This document shows positions 46,723-60,940 of a stretch of 64,000 nucleotides of DNA, piece by piece. Made by a program: the position numbers and the translations under genes. The first letter of the stretch is position 1. Each line of letters begins with the position of its first letter. Under the pieces are notes generated by a model, which was given only the letters and a program-made list of their open reading frames with translations, ran no database searches and was not told the DNA's origin. The stretch lies in contig NEEC01000013.1 in assembly GCA_002189035.1 (NCBI GenBank), forward strand, positions 744,001 through 808,000, read 5' to 3'. The stretch is from Utricularia gibba. Lineage: Eukaryota; Plantae; Magnoliophyta.

Positions 46723-49700
46723 AGTGGTATTAGAGTGAGAATTCTTTAGGTATCTACACCATATTTCAATTGATATAACTATCCATGGATGCAACTGCTT
46801 CAGAAGCTGTTTGGAAATTTGATGGTGTGGATTATGCAATATGGGCATTGCATATGAACGCCTCCCTTGGTGCAACCAAACTATGGGATGTAGTGCAAAC
46901 TGATGCACCTGTCCCAAAACCGGCCAAATACACTACTGCTGTTCAAGCAAGATATAAGGAATTCTTGGAAGGAAAGGAAGCTGCCAAGATTATTATACTA
47001 TCTAGCTTGGATCATTCCATCATCCCTTGGGTGATTACTTGTTCGACACCAAAAGAGATGAGGAATCAATTATAATTGGAATTTGAAGGTGATGGGGTCA
47101 CTAAATAGTTGTCTATCACAAACTTAAACCAAGAATGAAAGAGATTGAGGATGGCAGCCACCTAGACTAGAAAACAATTTGTGAACAGATTGTCCAAAGA
47201 TATCAACCAACTAAGAATACTTGGCATTCATAAGGATGAGTTTTCTATGGTGAAAAAGATCATATACTCATAATTGTCACAATTTGAACATAAGGTTTGT
47301 TTTTGAAAATGGTTCTAACTACAAGAATTTGATACTTGCCAAGGTGGTCAGCTTTCTTCAAGCCTTCGAAAACATATTGATTAGAGATCATGCGAGATCT
47401 AAGAGAGCATTAACAGCCATCAAATGACATGTCCATTCTTCTCCTCAAGCAACGCAAGGCTCAAATGATGCATTTGACGAGAAAAAGAAAGGGGCTACTA
47501 AGGGTAGGAAGAACAAGTTTACATCTTACTCCTTTTGTTAGAAAATCTCTCATTCCAACAAATATTGCTGAAGACAACTAGATGCAATCTACAAGGTATG
47601 CAGTCAACTTGGCCATGTAGAAAGGATCTGTCCAACAAAAGGATCGGGATAGTTGAATTAAGCTTATATCTCTCTAGTCAACAATCCACGACCACAATAG
47701 TTTGAAGTCTAAAGTAAAGCTAAATATCTCTTTACCTCTTTTGAAACTTGCTCTGCTACACTTCAACACATACCCAAGATATATGGTTGATAGACTTTGG
47801 TTGCTCACACACATGGTGAGTAACAAAGAGTTTTTTCATACATTGAACACAAATTTCTCATCAAATGTAAAGATGAGAAAATGGCTTTGTGATTGAGGCA
47901 CAAGGTTAAGGGAAAGTACATATTAAGACTCCTTTTAGAATCAAGTAGCATTGATGGAGTTCTCTAGGTTCTACAATTTGAGATGAATCTATTGAGTGTC
48001 ATCCAATTGAGCAGGAAAGAGTTTAGAGTAATTTTTGAAAATTCTTTCTACTCCATTTATGACTACAAAAGGAAGCCAATCTTTACAAGCCATACAACTA
48101 ATGACATTTATATATTGCCCTGGTGTCTATTATTTTTGTCAAGTTCACCTATAAAAGATACACCTCACACCTGTCACCATGCTTTAGTTGTTAAAGTTGA
48201 ATATTAACATCGTGTTTTTGGTCATGTTAACTACAAAGCTATCAAAAGAATGTCAAAAACAAGTGCAATGAGAAGGTTAATGGATTTGGAAAAATAGCGT
48301 GAAGCACAATGTGAGTTTGTGCCAAAGGAAAACTATCTCAAGAGTCATTTCATCTTATAACCTTTCTAGAGCATGTACAAAGTTGGCTTTGGTCCATATA
48401 AATATTTGTGGACTAATGAGAGTAGATTCCCTCGATAGTAATAAGTATTTTATTACCTTCATTAATGATTTAACATGATAATGTTGGATCTACTTTGTTA
48501 AACTCAAGTATGATGTGTCTCAGAAGTTTCATGTTTTCAAGGTCCTAGTAGAAAAAGAATCTGGACTCCCCATCAAGTGCCTAAGATCTAACAATGGAAG
48601 ATAATTCTACTCATCTGAGTTTGAATTCAAACTCCAACTTTTTGGAATTCTCCATCATAAAATAGTTCTATATTCTCCATCTCACAATGGTATGACAGAA
48701 TGAAAAAACAGAAGCATCATGTTGATGGTCAAGTGTTTGCTAATCAAGAAATACCTTACTAACTCTCTTTGGGCTGAGGTGATATCCACCGTTGTCTATC
48801 TGCAAAACCGATTGTCTAGTCAAGCTATTGAAGAAAGTATTCAATATGAAAAGTAGAAAGGAACTTTTCCAACTTGCAATCATCTAAAGATATTTGGCTC
48901 AGTAATTTAATATCATACTTCTCCTAGTAGAAAGATGAAATTGGACGATAGAGACGTTTTAGGAATTTTTGTAGGGTACTCTAATGTGGCAAAGGGATAT
49001 AAGATTTATAATCTTGCAATTAAGAAGTTACATGTTGCTCGAAACATGTAGGTTGATGATTCAAATTCTTGAAATTGGATCATATGTTGTCCAAATTCAT
49101 TATCTTTAGAGGCAACTGCAAGAGGTATCTTTAAAAACTCTCAAGATTTTAATATAACCTCATTGTATGATTGGTCAGATGATGAGGATTTGGAAGCAAT
49201 AACCAACCTTGTATCAGAAGATGACTTAGTAGAAGAGTATGTTGAAGAAACTCCATCAAGTAGCTTGATAATTTGATCACTCCCTCCGGATCATCAAGCT
49301 CAACATCATCAGAAACACCTCCTTTTAGAATACAGTTGTTATTTGATATTTATGAATATACTAATATTGGTGTTCATAAAAAAGAATCAAACAATGTAAC
49401 AAAAGCTTTGTTGTTACCACATTGAAAACAAGCCATGATAGAGAAGTTGAAAATGATTGAAAATCATGGAACATGGACTCTCATTAACCCACCAAATGAT
49501 GTCAATATTGTAGGTTTGAAATAGATCTTCAAAATCAAAACAAACTCAAATGAAAGTCTTCAAAAATATAAGGCACGACTTGTTGCTAAAGAGTATTCAC
49601 ATGAATTTGATGTGAATTACTTTGACACTTATGCACTTATAGGAAGGTTTGACACAATCAGACTAATCTTGGCTATCTTTGCACAAGCAAAATGAAAGAT

Positions 49701-50850
49701 CTATCAAATAGATGTCAAGTTAGCATTTCTCAATAGAGACTTGAAGGAGAAAATCTGTGTTGTGAAATCATATGATTTTTCTATCAACAACCATTAAGTC
49801 ATGCTACTATCTAAAGCTCTCTATAGTATAAAATAGGCACCTAAAGCATGATACTCAAAACTTGAGGTTGCTCTACATGTCTACTATTTTGAGAAAAGTA
49901 TAAATGATGTAGTGCTAGTTGTCAAACATACTAATGGCAATATTCTCATTGTGGTCATTTATATTGATGATATTCTCATCACAGAAGGAAATGAACCCTT
50001 AGCGGTTGAATTCAAGAAGTCTATGAAGTCCTAATTTCAAATGATGGATCTTAGGTATATGCATCAATTCTTAAGGATCGAGATTATTCAACTCACTACT
50101 AGCATCTTGGTAGTTCAAAATAAGTATACTAACAACATGGTCTAGTGTTTTGGTCTTGAAAGGTGTGCTACTATCAAAGCACCACTAGTACCTGGAACTA
50201 AAGCCTTGGAACTCATACGACAAGCCAGTTGGGGTGTCGACTCTTCTTTGATCATGTGTATGATTGAGTGCTTAATGTTTTTAACTAAGACAAGACCATA
50301 ACTTGTGTATATTGTTAGTCTCATATCGAGGTATATGCATGATTCAATTGCAAATTTGTTAATCTGTGTTAAGAGGACTTTTCGTTATGTACAAGAACAA
50401 TTGGATATGGCTTGCTCTACAAGAAAAAATGCTACAATCCAATTTGGTGGTTTCGTAGATACTAACTTTACAAGAGACTCATATTACAAGAAGCAAGCCA
50501 AGATAATTAATTGTAGATGCAGAATATGTCTTTTCCTCGTTACCTGCAAATCATGCTATCTAGCTCAGAAAAATGCTCAAAGACCTATGCTTGGAACCAA
50601 CCCTACTCAAATGCGATTCACAAGTGCCATTGCCATGATCAAGGACCTAGTTTATCATGGTCGCACAAAACGCATTTTAGTTAAATATCATGCTGTCTTA
50701 GAATTACTGAAGGATGAAGAAATCAACTTCCAACAATGTCCCACTAAGTTACAAATTGCGGGCATTATAACCAAGCCTCTTTCCACTCCAATATTCGAGT
50801 TCATGAGAGGTGAACTTGATCTTGTAAATGGAGCGCTTCAAGTGAGAGAA

Positions 50851-51242
50851 TGATGGAAGCCATTGAAGCTTGCTACATGTTTGCGGTATGATGGTCAGCC
50901 ATGTGACCTAACAATAAGGATATTCAGTTTACACTATCACTCAACCTATTGAATGACTTGTTAAGTTTGTTAAATCTCATTTTTTTTTCCATTGAGTTCG
51001 TTCTAGTTGCACTAAAATAAATGCTGTCCATTTTTTTTAGTGTGTAGCATTATACCTGTTGTTTTAAATATTTTTCCTGTCATTATTACATTTTCTTGTC
51101 TTCTTTCATGTGTTACTTTCTCTTTCTTTCTATGCTGTTTTGTCCCATCACCTTTAGCATTACATATCACCATTTTGCATATTGCAGAAGATTGCAAGAT
51201 CAGTGGCTCAACACTGAAAACCATTGTCCTTTCGCTCCAACA
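50851..51242 (+). repeat. 3' LTR of the nested copia
   Basis: Aligns to 46306-46722, with 12 mismatches in the first 61 bases by hand count plus internal indels. Confidence 0.9.
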
Positions 51243-51722
51243 CTATATAACTCTTATTCTCATACACTCACATATGATCACCTAGCCATCTAGTTGGTTA
51301 AGCATCATCGACCAATTATTGGTTGAGCATCAACAAATGTCTTTACCCCCTGCTCAAGTTGGTGTAACATGGGATGCAAACCAAGCTTGGAAATGATGAA
51401 CCAAAAGGGCAGTGATTCAAGAGCCTTCGTAAAAACACTAGTAGGCTGTTCCCTAGAAGAAATAAATAGGGATAAAAGAAATGCCGACTTATATTGATCT
51501 CACATCACATGAAAATCGATATCAATGTGCTTAGTGCATTCATGGAAAACCGGATTGGATGTAATGTGAATAACTAACTCACTATCACACCACAAAGGAA
51601 TAAGCGTATTCATAGATTGCATAAGATCCTCTAAAACATAAGATATTTATAAGAGTTCTATGGTAGTTATGGTCATTCTTCTATACTCGCCTTCTCCTAT
51701 AGATTGTGACATAGTGTTTGAT
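51243..51722 (-). mobile_element. Older copia remnant: RNase H C-terminus, PPT and start of the 3' LTR
   Basis: Minus strand reads [30 protein letters not shown]...[37 protein letters not shown]...EQPTSVFTKALES...SKLGLH; then ttgagcagggggtaaagacatt and LTR start TGTTGATG at 51335. Confidence 0.85.
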
Positions 51723-53476
51723 TTGATCTTAATTGAATTGAGTTTATAAATTAATTTGATGTAGAAACTTATTTTTTTACAAAAATAGTAAAATTTTCGT
51801 TTATCACAAAACTATACAAAATAGACAAAACATATTCAATTTATATAAGATAGATGAATCAACTACTTGAACTCTTATAAAATAATGTAAAGTCTAGATC
51901 CTTCATAATGAACTCTATAAATGTTATTCGTTTATGTTTTTTACAACTCAATTTTCATTTGAGACATAGGTTCATAGGCTAGCATCTTTTTATTTGCATC
52001 ATACTTCAATGAAATTTCAAATAGATAATTTGAGTTTTACCACATAGAAGAAGTTTAGATGTGTCAAATTCAACATTCTTATCTTCATTATTGTCAACAT
52101 ATGGATGGTCTTTTGTGTCACTTCACATCATGCTACATCATCAATACAATATGATCTTGAATCTAAATAGTTATCTTTGTTTGTTTCTTGTGGCATAACA
52201 TATACATCGAGGAAATAAGTTAACATCATATTACTGTATCGATGTTATTATTCATTATAATTCACATGCATTGTTAATACTTTAGATAAATGAGCTTTAT
52301 TTGATATCTCAAAGCGACATTTTCACATTCAAAAAAAGATAAAATACACATGAATGAATATAAATTTAATGTAAAAAAATTTCAACTTGCACGTGTCCCT
52401 ACTTTAAGATGCATTAGTAATGTTAAAATGAGTAGTTTCTAGTAGAATAATCAAGTCTGACATTAGGGCTTCATGTTCATAGAATGGAACAAAAAGTGCA
52501 AGAAGTAATCGTCGATAATGAGAATATAGTTTGATGCATCTATTTCACCTTAGATGTATTGGACAATAATTCTAAAAAAATATTAGTTTAAATTTATACC
52601 CATTATAACATATAAATGATGATATAGTCATTCAAAATTGATCTCTTTTTTGAGCCTAAAATATTTTTCCATGCTTTGTCTAATATCATGTGGATCATAA
52701 AATTATTAAAATAATTATCATGAAAAATATATATACTTATACAAACAAAATAATCATTTTACTTGTGAAATGAATAAGAATGTAAATGTGAGAATAATAA
52801 ATGTAAAAAATAAGAGAATGTATGAAAAAAATAAATAAATATTTTAAAGTGAAATAAAATTTATATAAAGTATATGATATTTATAAATATTTTTTAAAAT
52901 AAATTTATTTATTAAATTAATAAAATAGACATTAGAGTTAAACTAGTTATTGGAATTATAATTTTGATTACAATTTGAATTGATTATATTTCTACTCTTA
53001 TAATAATCTTAGTGTATCATAAAAAAATAGAAATTTATTTTCTAAAAAGGAAATAAATAATTTTTTATTCTTTTAAATATCATCAAATAATTTGTGTATA
53101 GATTTTTTTTAATAATTTTATTTGAAAATTTTGATATTTTTAGATAATATTTTATAGATATTATAATCGATTTTTTTTTGTTAAATAATTTGTTATATAT
53201 ACCTATATAAAATATTAAGTAAAAAATATTTATGTATGAATTTTATACATATTTAATATATTTATAAAATAAAATAATTAAAAAAATGAAATAAGAGGTA
53301 TTCAAAGAGTATATGTAAAAATAGAAATACTTGGCAAACTATTTTTTTGCAGTGGGGCATTTAACCAAAGAATCCAAAGTTTGAATTCAAGATGTAAACT
53401 TATACATATATCTTCCCACACACACACACACAATGATGTGTTTATTTATTTGCGGGATCCTTAAAAGGGCGGAATT

Positions 53477-53510
53477 TGGGCCTGGATTTCTGTGACAATT
53501 GGGCTGGGCC
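53477..53510. promoter_or_regulatory. Cluster of three site II motifs (TGGGCY)
   Basis: tgggcc 53477-53482, tgggct 53500-53505 and tgggcc 53505-53510, at the transition from AT-rich spacer to genic sequence. Confidence 0.45.
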
Positions 53511-54253
53511 TCTTGTACCTCACTATTTTTTATGACATAATAACACTGACAATAACAGACTGGTTAGAACAAGACAAAAACAACCACCAACAGGCTGCCA
53601 ATTTTTTTTCAAGCCTTTCAGGTGGTGGTGGAGGCTGCAGAACAATGGTAGTTATTGCCTGTGAAATATATATATTTTTCTTTCGAGGAGTTTCAGCTAT
53701 GGCTGATCTACGGAAAGCCGTAAAGACAAGTTTTATGGGAGAAACTGGTAATTACAATAAGGATCTGGAAAGCGAATAAAGTTGTGAGCTTTGATAAGAA
53801 CAGACGGGAAAATTTCTGGGAAAGAGGGACGCTGCAGTTGAAGTTGTGAGGAAAATGAGAACAACTTTTGGGTGGGGAGGCAGATGGTATTTCGATAAAT
53901 ATTAAATTCACTCCCTGCCAAGTTTAATGCCAATGCAGAGGTACCTTTAGATGTAGAAACAACGCAAATTCCAAATACCAAACCTTTCACCTTAAGCATT
54001 GTGAATGGACATCTGTGTACCCCCAATAAGAAACTACCCAGGAAGGATTCGCCTTCCGTTCGTCTTAAAAGCATTTCAGATACGCACCAGCTTCCTTATT
54101 TCGTGTAGTCCATCGAGATTTGCGCCTGTTTTATGTCCAAGATTTCATCTTTCCTTACCCAATTTTTGATGGATCGGGAACAAGGGCAGTCGATGAAAAG
54201 TTTCAAAACCTAAATACGAGAGACTCCCGGGAAAAATATTGCGGGGAAGAATC

Positions 54254-56946
54254 ATGGGAGATGGTTTGTCCAGAGTTTTTGTTTTTAATGCATTTCGTGA
54301 TAGATCGCGATTGATTGGTTTCAGATGTTGGCTTTTTCTTCTTCTTCTTCTTCTCATTCATTTTGTTTGTTATTAATCCCACCCCTCCCGAGGATTCTGG
54401 TTCTGGGTTATGAATTTTCCTGGTCTAGTTTATCTTCTTAGGCTTTTGAGTTGCAAGGATCCTTGGGTATGGAGTATGATTTCTGGGTACTTTGTTTCTC
54501 ACTGCAGATCTGTTTTTTGATTGGGCTGTTTGCTTGTTGGTGGATCTGGAACTTGTGTATTTATTTGACTGAAAATGTGGTCTCAAGGAAAAAAATTTCA
54601 TCTCTCTACAGGTTCCTAGACTCATATGAAACTGAATATTTTGTTGCTTTTCAGTGTTTTGGATTCTTGATCTGCGTGATTCTAGCTGTCTAACCTTTGA
54701 TCAATTTTCAGTGTGTCCCTCTTTATGAATTGAGGTCAGCTGCATACCCTGCATACTGAAAGTTTATTTTAAAATAGTCATTTTTCTGAAGGGAGGTTTT
54801 GCATCTTGATCTCTGTGAGATGTTCATTGAGCTTCTATTCTCGTCCTCCTACGCAGAGTTTCCTTAGTCCCAAACTGTATAACGTGATTTTGTTCACTCA
54901 TGTGTTACATGATAATATTTTTCATGGTTGTCTCATATTTAGCTGTCCTTTTTTTATTTAGAATCCAGCGAGATGCATTCCGAGGATGACAGAGGATTTG
55001 TGGAGAAGAAACACAGGAAACGAATGGTCAAAACGGCTGCTCAGCTACAAGCACTGGAGAAATTCTTTAATGGTTTATGCACTTGTTATGCTGTTTTTTC
55101 GAAAGTTTATGCATTTTCAAGTGCTGACATTTGGTTTCTTTTCCTTCTTTAGAGCACAAATACCCTACAGAGGCATTAAAAATGCAATTTTCAGAGGCTG
55201 TGGGCTTGACAGAGAAACAAGTTTCTGGTTGGTTTTGTCACAGGAGGTTGAAAGATAAGAAATTAATGAGTGGGGGTTATAACCATACTGGAAAGCAAGA
55301 GCGATCCAGTGGAGTCATACAGGATCGGGGCAGTGGGCATAAGCAAGATTCTTGTGGTAGCACGAAGCAAGGTGATGATAGGAATTTCGATACCAAGGAA
55401 GTTGAAAGTGGAAGGCTGATGTCCAAAGACTATTCTGCAGTGGATCTTGCAAACGAGCATGATAACCCCTGCCCTGGAAAATATGATTCTGAGGATGATA
55501 CAAATTCAGGAAGTAGTTCCCCTCTAAGGGATACGTCAAATCATCTAAGTCGAGGTCCTTTTGAAAATGAAAGGTCTATGCACCTGGTGCCCAAACTAGA
55601 ACATGAAAGGCGAACGAATGCTCGTTCTGGTCCATCAGGATACTTAAAACTGAAGGGTCGAGTGGAAAATCCTGCCATAACTGCAGTGAAGAGACAGCTA
55701 GGGAAGCATTACCGCGATGAAGGCCCTCCTCTCAGTGTCGAATTCGATCCACCTCCTCCTGGTGCATTTGAAAATCCAACTCGTGGTTAGTTAGAGTGAT
55801 AGATTTGTGAAACTATGGCTGCGGCCTTTTCCCCTTTCCGATTTTTAACTCTATGTTTTTCATTTTTCAGAAAGGTACTATTGTAGGGAAGCAGACCACC
55901 CTGCCTTATCAGATGCTTCAAAAGTTACCCAGAATCTGAAATTTGATGAGGTGCAGTTTTTTAGTCATCTGTATCGTTTGGCTTAACGGCCTTGGGAAAC
56001 ATGGAACCTTAATTTTCATCCTATTAAGTGGAGTAGAAAACTTGCAGGGGCGTGACTTTGAACCTTCGGTTGCTTCTTTCAACAACCTAGTTGATGGACC
56101 ATCCTTCAAAGCAAGGCAGGAGTTTTGCAGTCCAAGTAGCTACACGCAACCAAATTTTGGACAAAGGTCTCCTTCACGAAACAGTGGTGCGTATTACCCA
56201 CATCAAGCCTCTTCGGTGAACCAGTATGAAGGTTTGACTAGAAATATTCAGCAGACAAGGCTATGGCCTGACCATTTACCTTATGGTGGAGAAAAACCTG
56301 CTGAATCGTGGTTTAACAAGTTCACTGCTGCTGGTTTAATGCCTTCCCGCAGAGAGAGCATAAAAAATGAGTATTTTGGTTCTACAACGACGTGGGAAAT
56401 GAATTCTGTGAACAATGGCCTGTCAAGACCTTTGCACAATGGGTTCTCCCAACAAATTTTTAAGGTTTGATGTTATCTCTATGTTTCATCTGGTTCGTTT
56501 AAGCATCTCCCTATTTTTGCTGTTGGTGTTTGGTGACATTTTGCCTGATCGATTTTGCCTTAAAGAATGTTTTGCATACCTGTTTTTTTTTTTCTTCAGA
56601 AGCTCATGAACCCTGTGAATAATCGAATTTGTACGAGAATCTTTGTTGCAGTACAAGTTTATGATCCTACTCCTGTTTCATGAGTACTTATTCTGTTCTG
56701 CCTGCAGCCCCCAAAAAGAATGAGTGAAGAACTTGTGAGACAGCGACAACGATCATCACCTGCGCTGGATAACTTACCAAGATCGTTCCCATCTGCAAGG
56801 TTAGGATTTGACAGATGAAAGGCAACTACAGCACATGGATGATATTTTGGAGTTGATTCTTGGTGTGTTGTAGGTACGAGAAGGTGTTGCCACCCAACCT
56901 TAGCGAGGAGGAGGGAAGTGCAGAAACCAGTTCCTCAGTTGATTGA
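54254..56946 (+). CDS. Homeodomain-like protein (RLT-type homeobox without DDT domain)
   Basis: Proposed MGD|ESSEMHSEDD; homeodomain KTAAQLQALEKFFN|EHKYPTEALKMQFSEAVGLTEKQVSGWFCHRRLKDKK; motif VKRQLGKHYRDEGPPLSVEFDPPPPGAF; C-terminus LSEEEGSAETSSSVD* (TGA 56944-56946). The first mini-exon and exons at 56470-56870 are uncertain. Confidence 0.8.
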
Positions 56947-58177
56947 AAATATGTTGCCAAATATTCTGCAAATGTAGCCTTGGCAGAAGTTGGGCATGAG
57001 ATAAGAATCAGCTGGGGCTGGTTGTTAAAATACTCCTCTAGATGTAGCTTTTTGTGTATCGTATCCGAACATGTGAGACACTGTGATGGCTTTTTGTGTT
57101 CATAGCCCTTTTAACTTACTAATGCTTTCCATGGGAGTGCACATCAGCATACCAGTGGATACCTACAGGGATGGCAGTGTCTCTGAACTCCAAAACCCGT
57201 TTGTGCTCAACATAGAACAACTGCTGAAAAGCATCAGGTGATGTTGGGTTCTGTTTTGGAAATGGCATTACAGTATACATCTGATCTGCTGCCCACACCA
57301 GAACCAGATTGCTACTCGGTCTCTCGGTTTCTTGTTGGCTTTAAATCTCAGAATCCAAATGGCGTATTCAAATGCCCATGGCTTCCGAATGCAGCGTGCA
57401 GCCGAGAGTGGAATCACAGCAGCACTGAAATCCAGTAGCTGCTTTCATTCATCACCATAAACATTTGGCACAGAAGACCAAGAAAGATGGAGTTAAAAGA
57501 TCACAGCAGGACACATGGATGGGTATGGATAAGAATTAAAAAAAAACTATTTTACAGAAATTTATTTTTATGTCTATTAAAATTTTTAAATGAATAATTT
57601 TAAAAAAATAGTACACAAATTTAATCCCCAAAAATGTATGCTTCATCGATTCGGAGTTTAGGGTTCCATTCTCCCATCTCATAAATGTATGCTTCCTAAT
57701 CCTGGTGTGTTAGAACTAAGGAATTGATAAGTTATTGCCAAAAACCTTGATCCAATACAATTTAGATCATTTAAATCAGGCATACATGTAGATAAATAAA
57801 GACCATAATGTGATAGCTTGCGTGTCTAAAAAAATTGGATTGTACAACTTGAACCAAATTATTATTATATTCAAATACAATGCGCCTTTTTTATTCTATT
57901 CTAATAACAAATTCCACCTATTTTTATATTGGCGTAAATTAGCCTTGTTTAAGTCGCATTGCATATGGTAACTTTTTTTTTTTTTTTTACATAAAATAGA
58001 TGGTATTATTGAAGCCTGCAATGCACGAGAAATCGATACATCGATACATGAATACATGATATATTAGGATAGTTTACAAACGTATTCACTATCAAAAAGT
58101 TAATTTAGAAATATACCCATGGTGTGTTTGTGTGTGAAAAAATTACTCATCTTTATTTTTTTAATTTTTATTTATTT

Positions 58178-59311
58178 TGATGATGATTTTGCAAGTACAT
58201 AGAAACTATCGAAGTAATAAAATAAGATCATATCCATATAGAATTGTTATTAGAATTTTCTTTTTAAATAAAAATTTAAAAAGATTGAAAACAAAAGAAA
58301 GATTTAGATGTAAAACCATAAGAAAAGTGGAATTGGATCGAAAATCCACCTTGCTCAAAACTCGTCTTTTGTGTATGTACAAACCTTGAAGACTAATCTG
58401 CTTGCGCAACTTTTAAGGGTGTTATTCTAAAATAGTGCTACTCAGTGACCATTATAGCACCGTCTCTTGTTTTATGGGATTATGGAACCAACCACGCCAC
58501 CAGAGCCATTTTACCTCTTGTGATAACATATGTTTTTCTCATACTCAAATCTAACCCTTCACCTCTCACCTCGCAAATAGATTAGAAAGAATGTGTCTTA
58601 CCAATGATGTCCGATTGAGTCCTTCTCTTTAGATACTTGAGGTCAACCTTTGATTCCCTCATACTCTTTTAGGGTTATATGGTATTAAAGATCACGTTGA
58701 TAAAGAAAACGATATGAGAAACAGAATCAAACCTCAAATTAAATGCTGAAAAACATAATAAGATAGTCACACACGCAGGACTTGCGCAACCAAGGTTTCA
58801 CCACAGATCCTTACCCACAAGCGCTCATAGATCCTTAAATGCAAAACATGCTAGACTCGACTCTAAACCCTAAAGCGACTCTCTGATCGTCCATTCTTCG
58901 ATCTTCAAGCTCTGGTCTTTATATAATTGTGAGGATTTGTTGGGCTTTCTTGATTAGCTTACATCAAATTTTTTATCTAGATCTTCTAAGATTTGATATA
59001 GATCTTCTAGGATAAGATCCAAATTCTCTAAGATATGATGTGAATCTTATCTTATTCGAAAATCTTTGATCGAGTCTTCATCTGAATAGATCAAATCTTT
59101 GGCTCCATCAAGGTCAACTTGAAAATCCTCCAAATTATTCCAAAATTGTTCTGAAAAATCACATAACACACTTTCCCTTCAAAAGATCAAAATGGTATGA
59201 AAGATATAAAATTCTTCTACAAATACAAGAAAATTGAGATAAAGAGAATGCAAAACACATCTAAATAAATCTTAAAAAACACAAATATAAGTGATATAAA
59301 ATCACTTATTA
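58178..59311 (-). mobile_element. Probable solo LTR of an Athila-type Ty3/gypsy element
   Basis: Minus-strand termini T(a)ATAAGTG...TCATCA; flanks TATTT (58173-58177) and CATTT (59312-59316) match 4/5; the end has an Athila-like tattacttcgatagtttctatgtacttgc stretch. Confidence 0.5.
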
Positions 59312-60552
59312 CATTTTAATAATGAAAATTATTGTTTTTTAATTTTTTATCAATATACAAATAATGACTATAATATTTAACAAAATTATGTTTATAAAAT
59401 ATGTATATAAATGAATCAAATAGATATATTAGTTGAAAATAAAAAAATAATAATATGACCTCAAAAGAAAAACGGATATTCACCAAATCGATTGTATATT
59501 ATTTTTCTTTAAAATTTATATTATACACTGAATCTTTATATTTTATACTTAATTTTTATTTCGATTTAATGCATATTTTTTTATTTTAAATTTATATTAT
59601 ACGTCATATAATTATTTGAAATATTTTGAATCGATTTTTTTATTTTAAATTTATATTGCACATCATTTATTTGTATAACATAATTAACATAATAAAAATT
59701 GATATATGTATAATTGATATTTTGATTTTGTATTAATATTTATAGAATGAATGTAAATTAATTCAAGATTCAATATTTTAATTAAGTATTTTAAGTTTGT
59801 AATTTTATTTTGAATTAAGTTTAATTTTATAAAAACATATCATTTGTATAGAATTAGAATCATACTCTTAATCTAAGGGTTTAAAAAATAGAATATTATC
59901 AACTAATCTACACAAAGACATATTAAAATAACAATTGGACGTGGTTTTTGATTAATCCACATGCTTGTAGTAAATATTGTAAGCCACATCCGTGTTATAT
60001 AATAATTGAAATGTTAGTAGCTTAATTGGTATTTTTGTGCTTTTTTTAATGCATATTTTAAGAATTCGATTTCAATTTGATACAAATTGTATATTTTTAT
60101 AAAATTAAAATTATTTTAAAACGAAAAAGAAAAAACTTAATATAATTAATTAAAATATTAAATGTTCAATTCATTTTAATTAATTGTAATTTTTATATGA
60201 ATAAAAATATTAATTCGAAATATTAATTTTTAATATATATATAATATATATATATATATACATATAAGTTTATATTTATATTAGTTGTAAATAAAAATTA
60301 GTTATTTATATTATGAAAAATATGATATCCAAAAATTAATATTATTTAACAAATAAAAATACAAAAGTAGGATATTTGACTAATATATATCAAATAAAAT
60401 TATATATTAGATAATATACCAATTTAATTAATCATCAATCTTATTAATGAAATATTTAGTTTTTCGAAATTCATCAAAAAAAAAAAGTTAAAAAAATTTC
60501 AATAATACAACTTTTATTTTTTTCGATAAAAAATATTAAATGAATTATTAAA

Positions 60553-60940
60553 TGTCAGCTAGATGAGCAGAACCGACAAGCATCAAACATTCAATGAATG
60601 TATCTATTAGAAGCTGAAGAACACCAACAGACAGAATATTATACATCTAGTATAAACCTCATTGATTAGTACTATATATACAACATATAGATTGCACCAC
60701 GTTGGTAGAAGTGTGAATAAACCTTACGTCCGTTTCTCATACGGCTTCTGTTGTAGCTTTATCTCCACACCTCTCCTCAATTCTTTCCCTACTTATCATG
60801 GTATCAGAGCGATAACACCACAATCATCATAATCAATGGCCACAGAGGCTCTCATTCAAGAACTTATCGCTGCTCTTAAAGCAGCAGCCCCCTCAGCTAA
60901 TGCATCTCAGTATGATGTTCCTCACCTTACAAGGTGCTCC
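60553..60940 (+). mobile_element. Copia 5' end: short LTR, perfect tRNA-Met PBS and truncated gag start
   Basis: TGTCAG (60553)...TTATCA (60798) with TATA ctatatata; TGGTATCAGAGC at 60799-60810; ATG at 60836 MATEALIQELIAALKAAAPSANASQYDVPHLT, then copia character is lost. Confidence 0.75.

Larger units (their letters stand above)
46306..51242 (+). mobile_element. Full-length but degenerate Ty1/copia LTR retrotransposon
   Basis: 5' LTR 46306-46722 and 3' LTR 50851-51242 (both TGATGGAA...CAACA); PBS tggtattagagt at 46725 (decayed tRNA-Met TGGTATCAGAGC); purine tract before 50851; CTAT on both flanks; gag KFDGVDYAIWALHM, protease WLIDFGCSH, integrase, RT and RNase H motifs (DLVYHGRTKRILVKYH, QIAGIITKPL) with many stops. 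Confidence 0.93.

Noticed and set aside
51850-52500. Short protein-like minus-strand stretches (KKMLAYEPMSQMKIEL; YRRLLLALFVPFYEHE)
   Set aside because: They need several frameshifts and match no recognised family, so support is insufficient.
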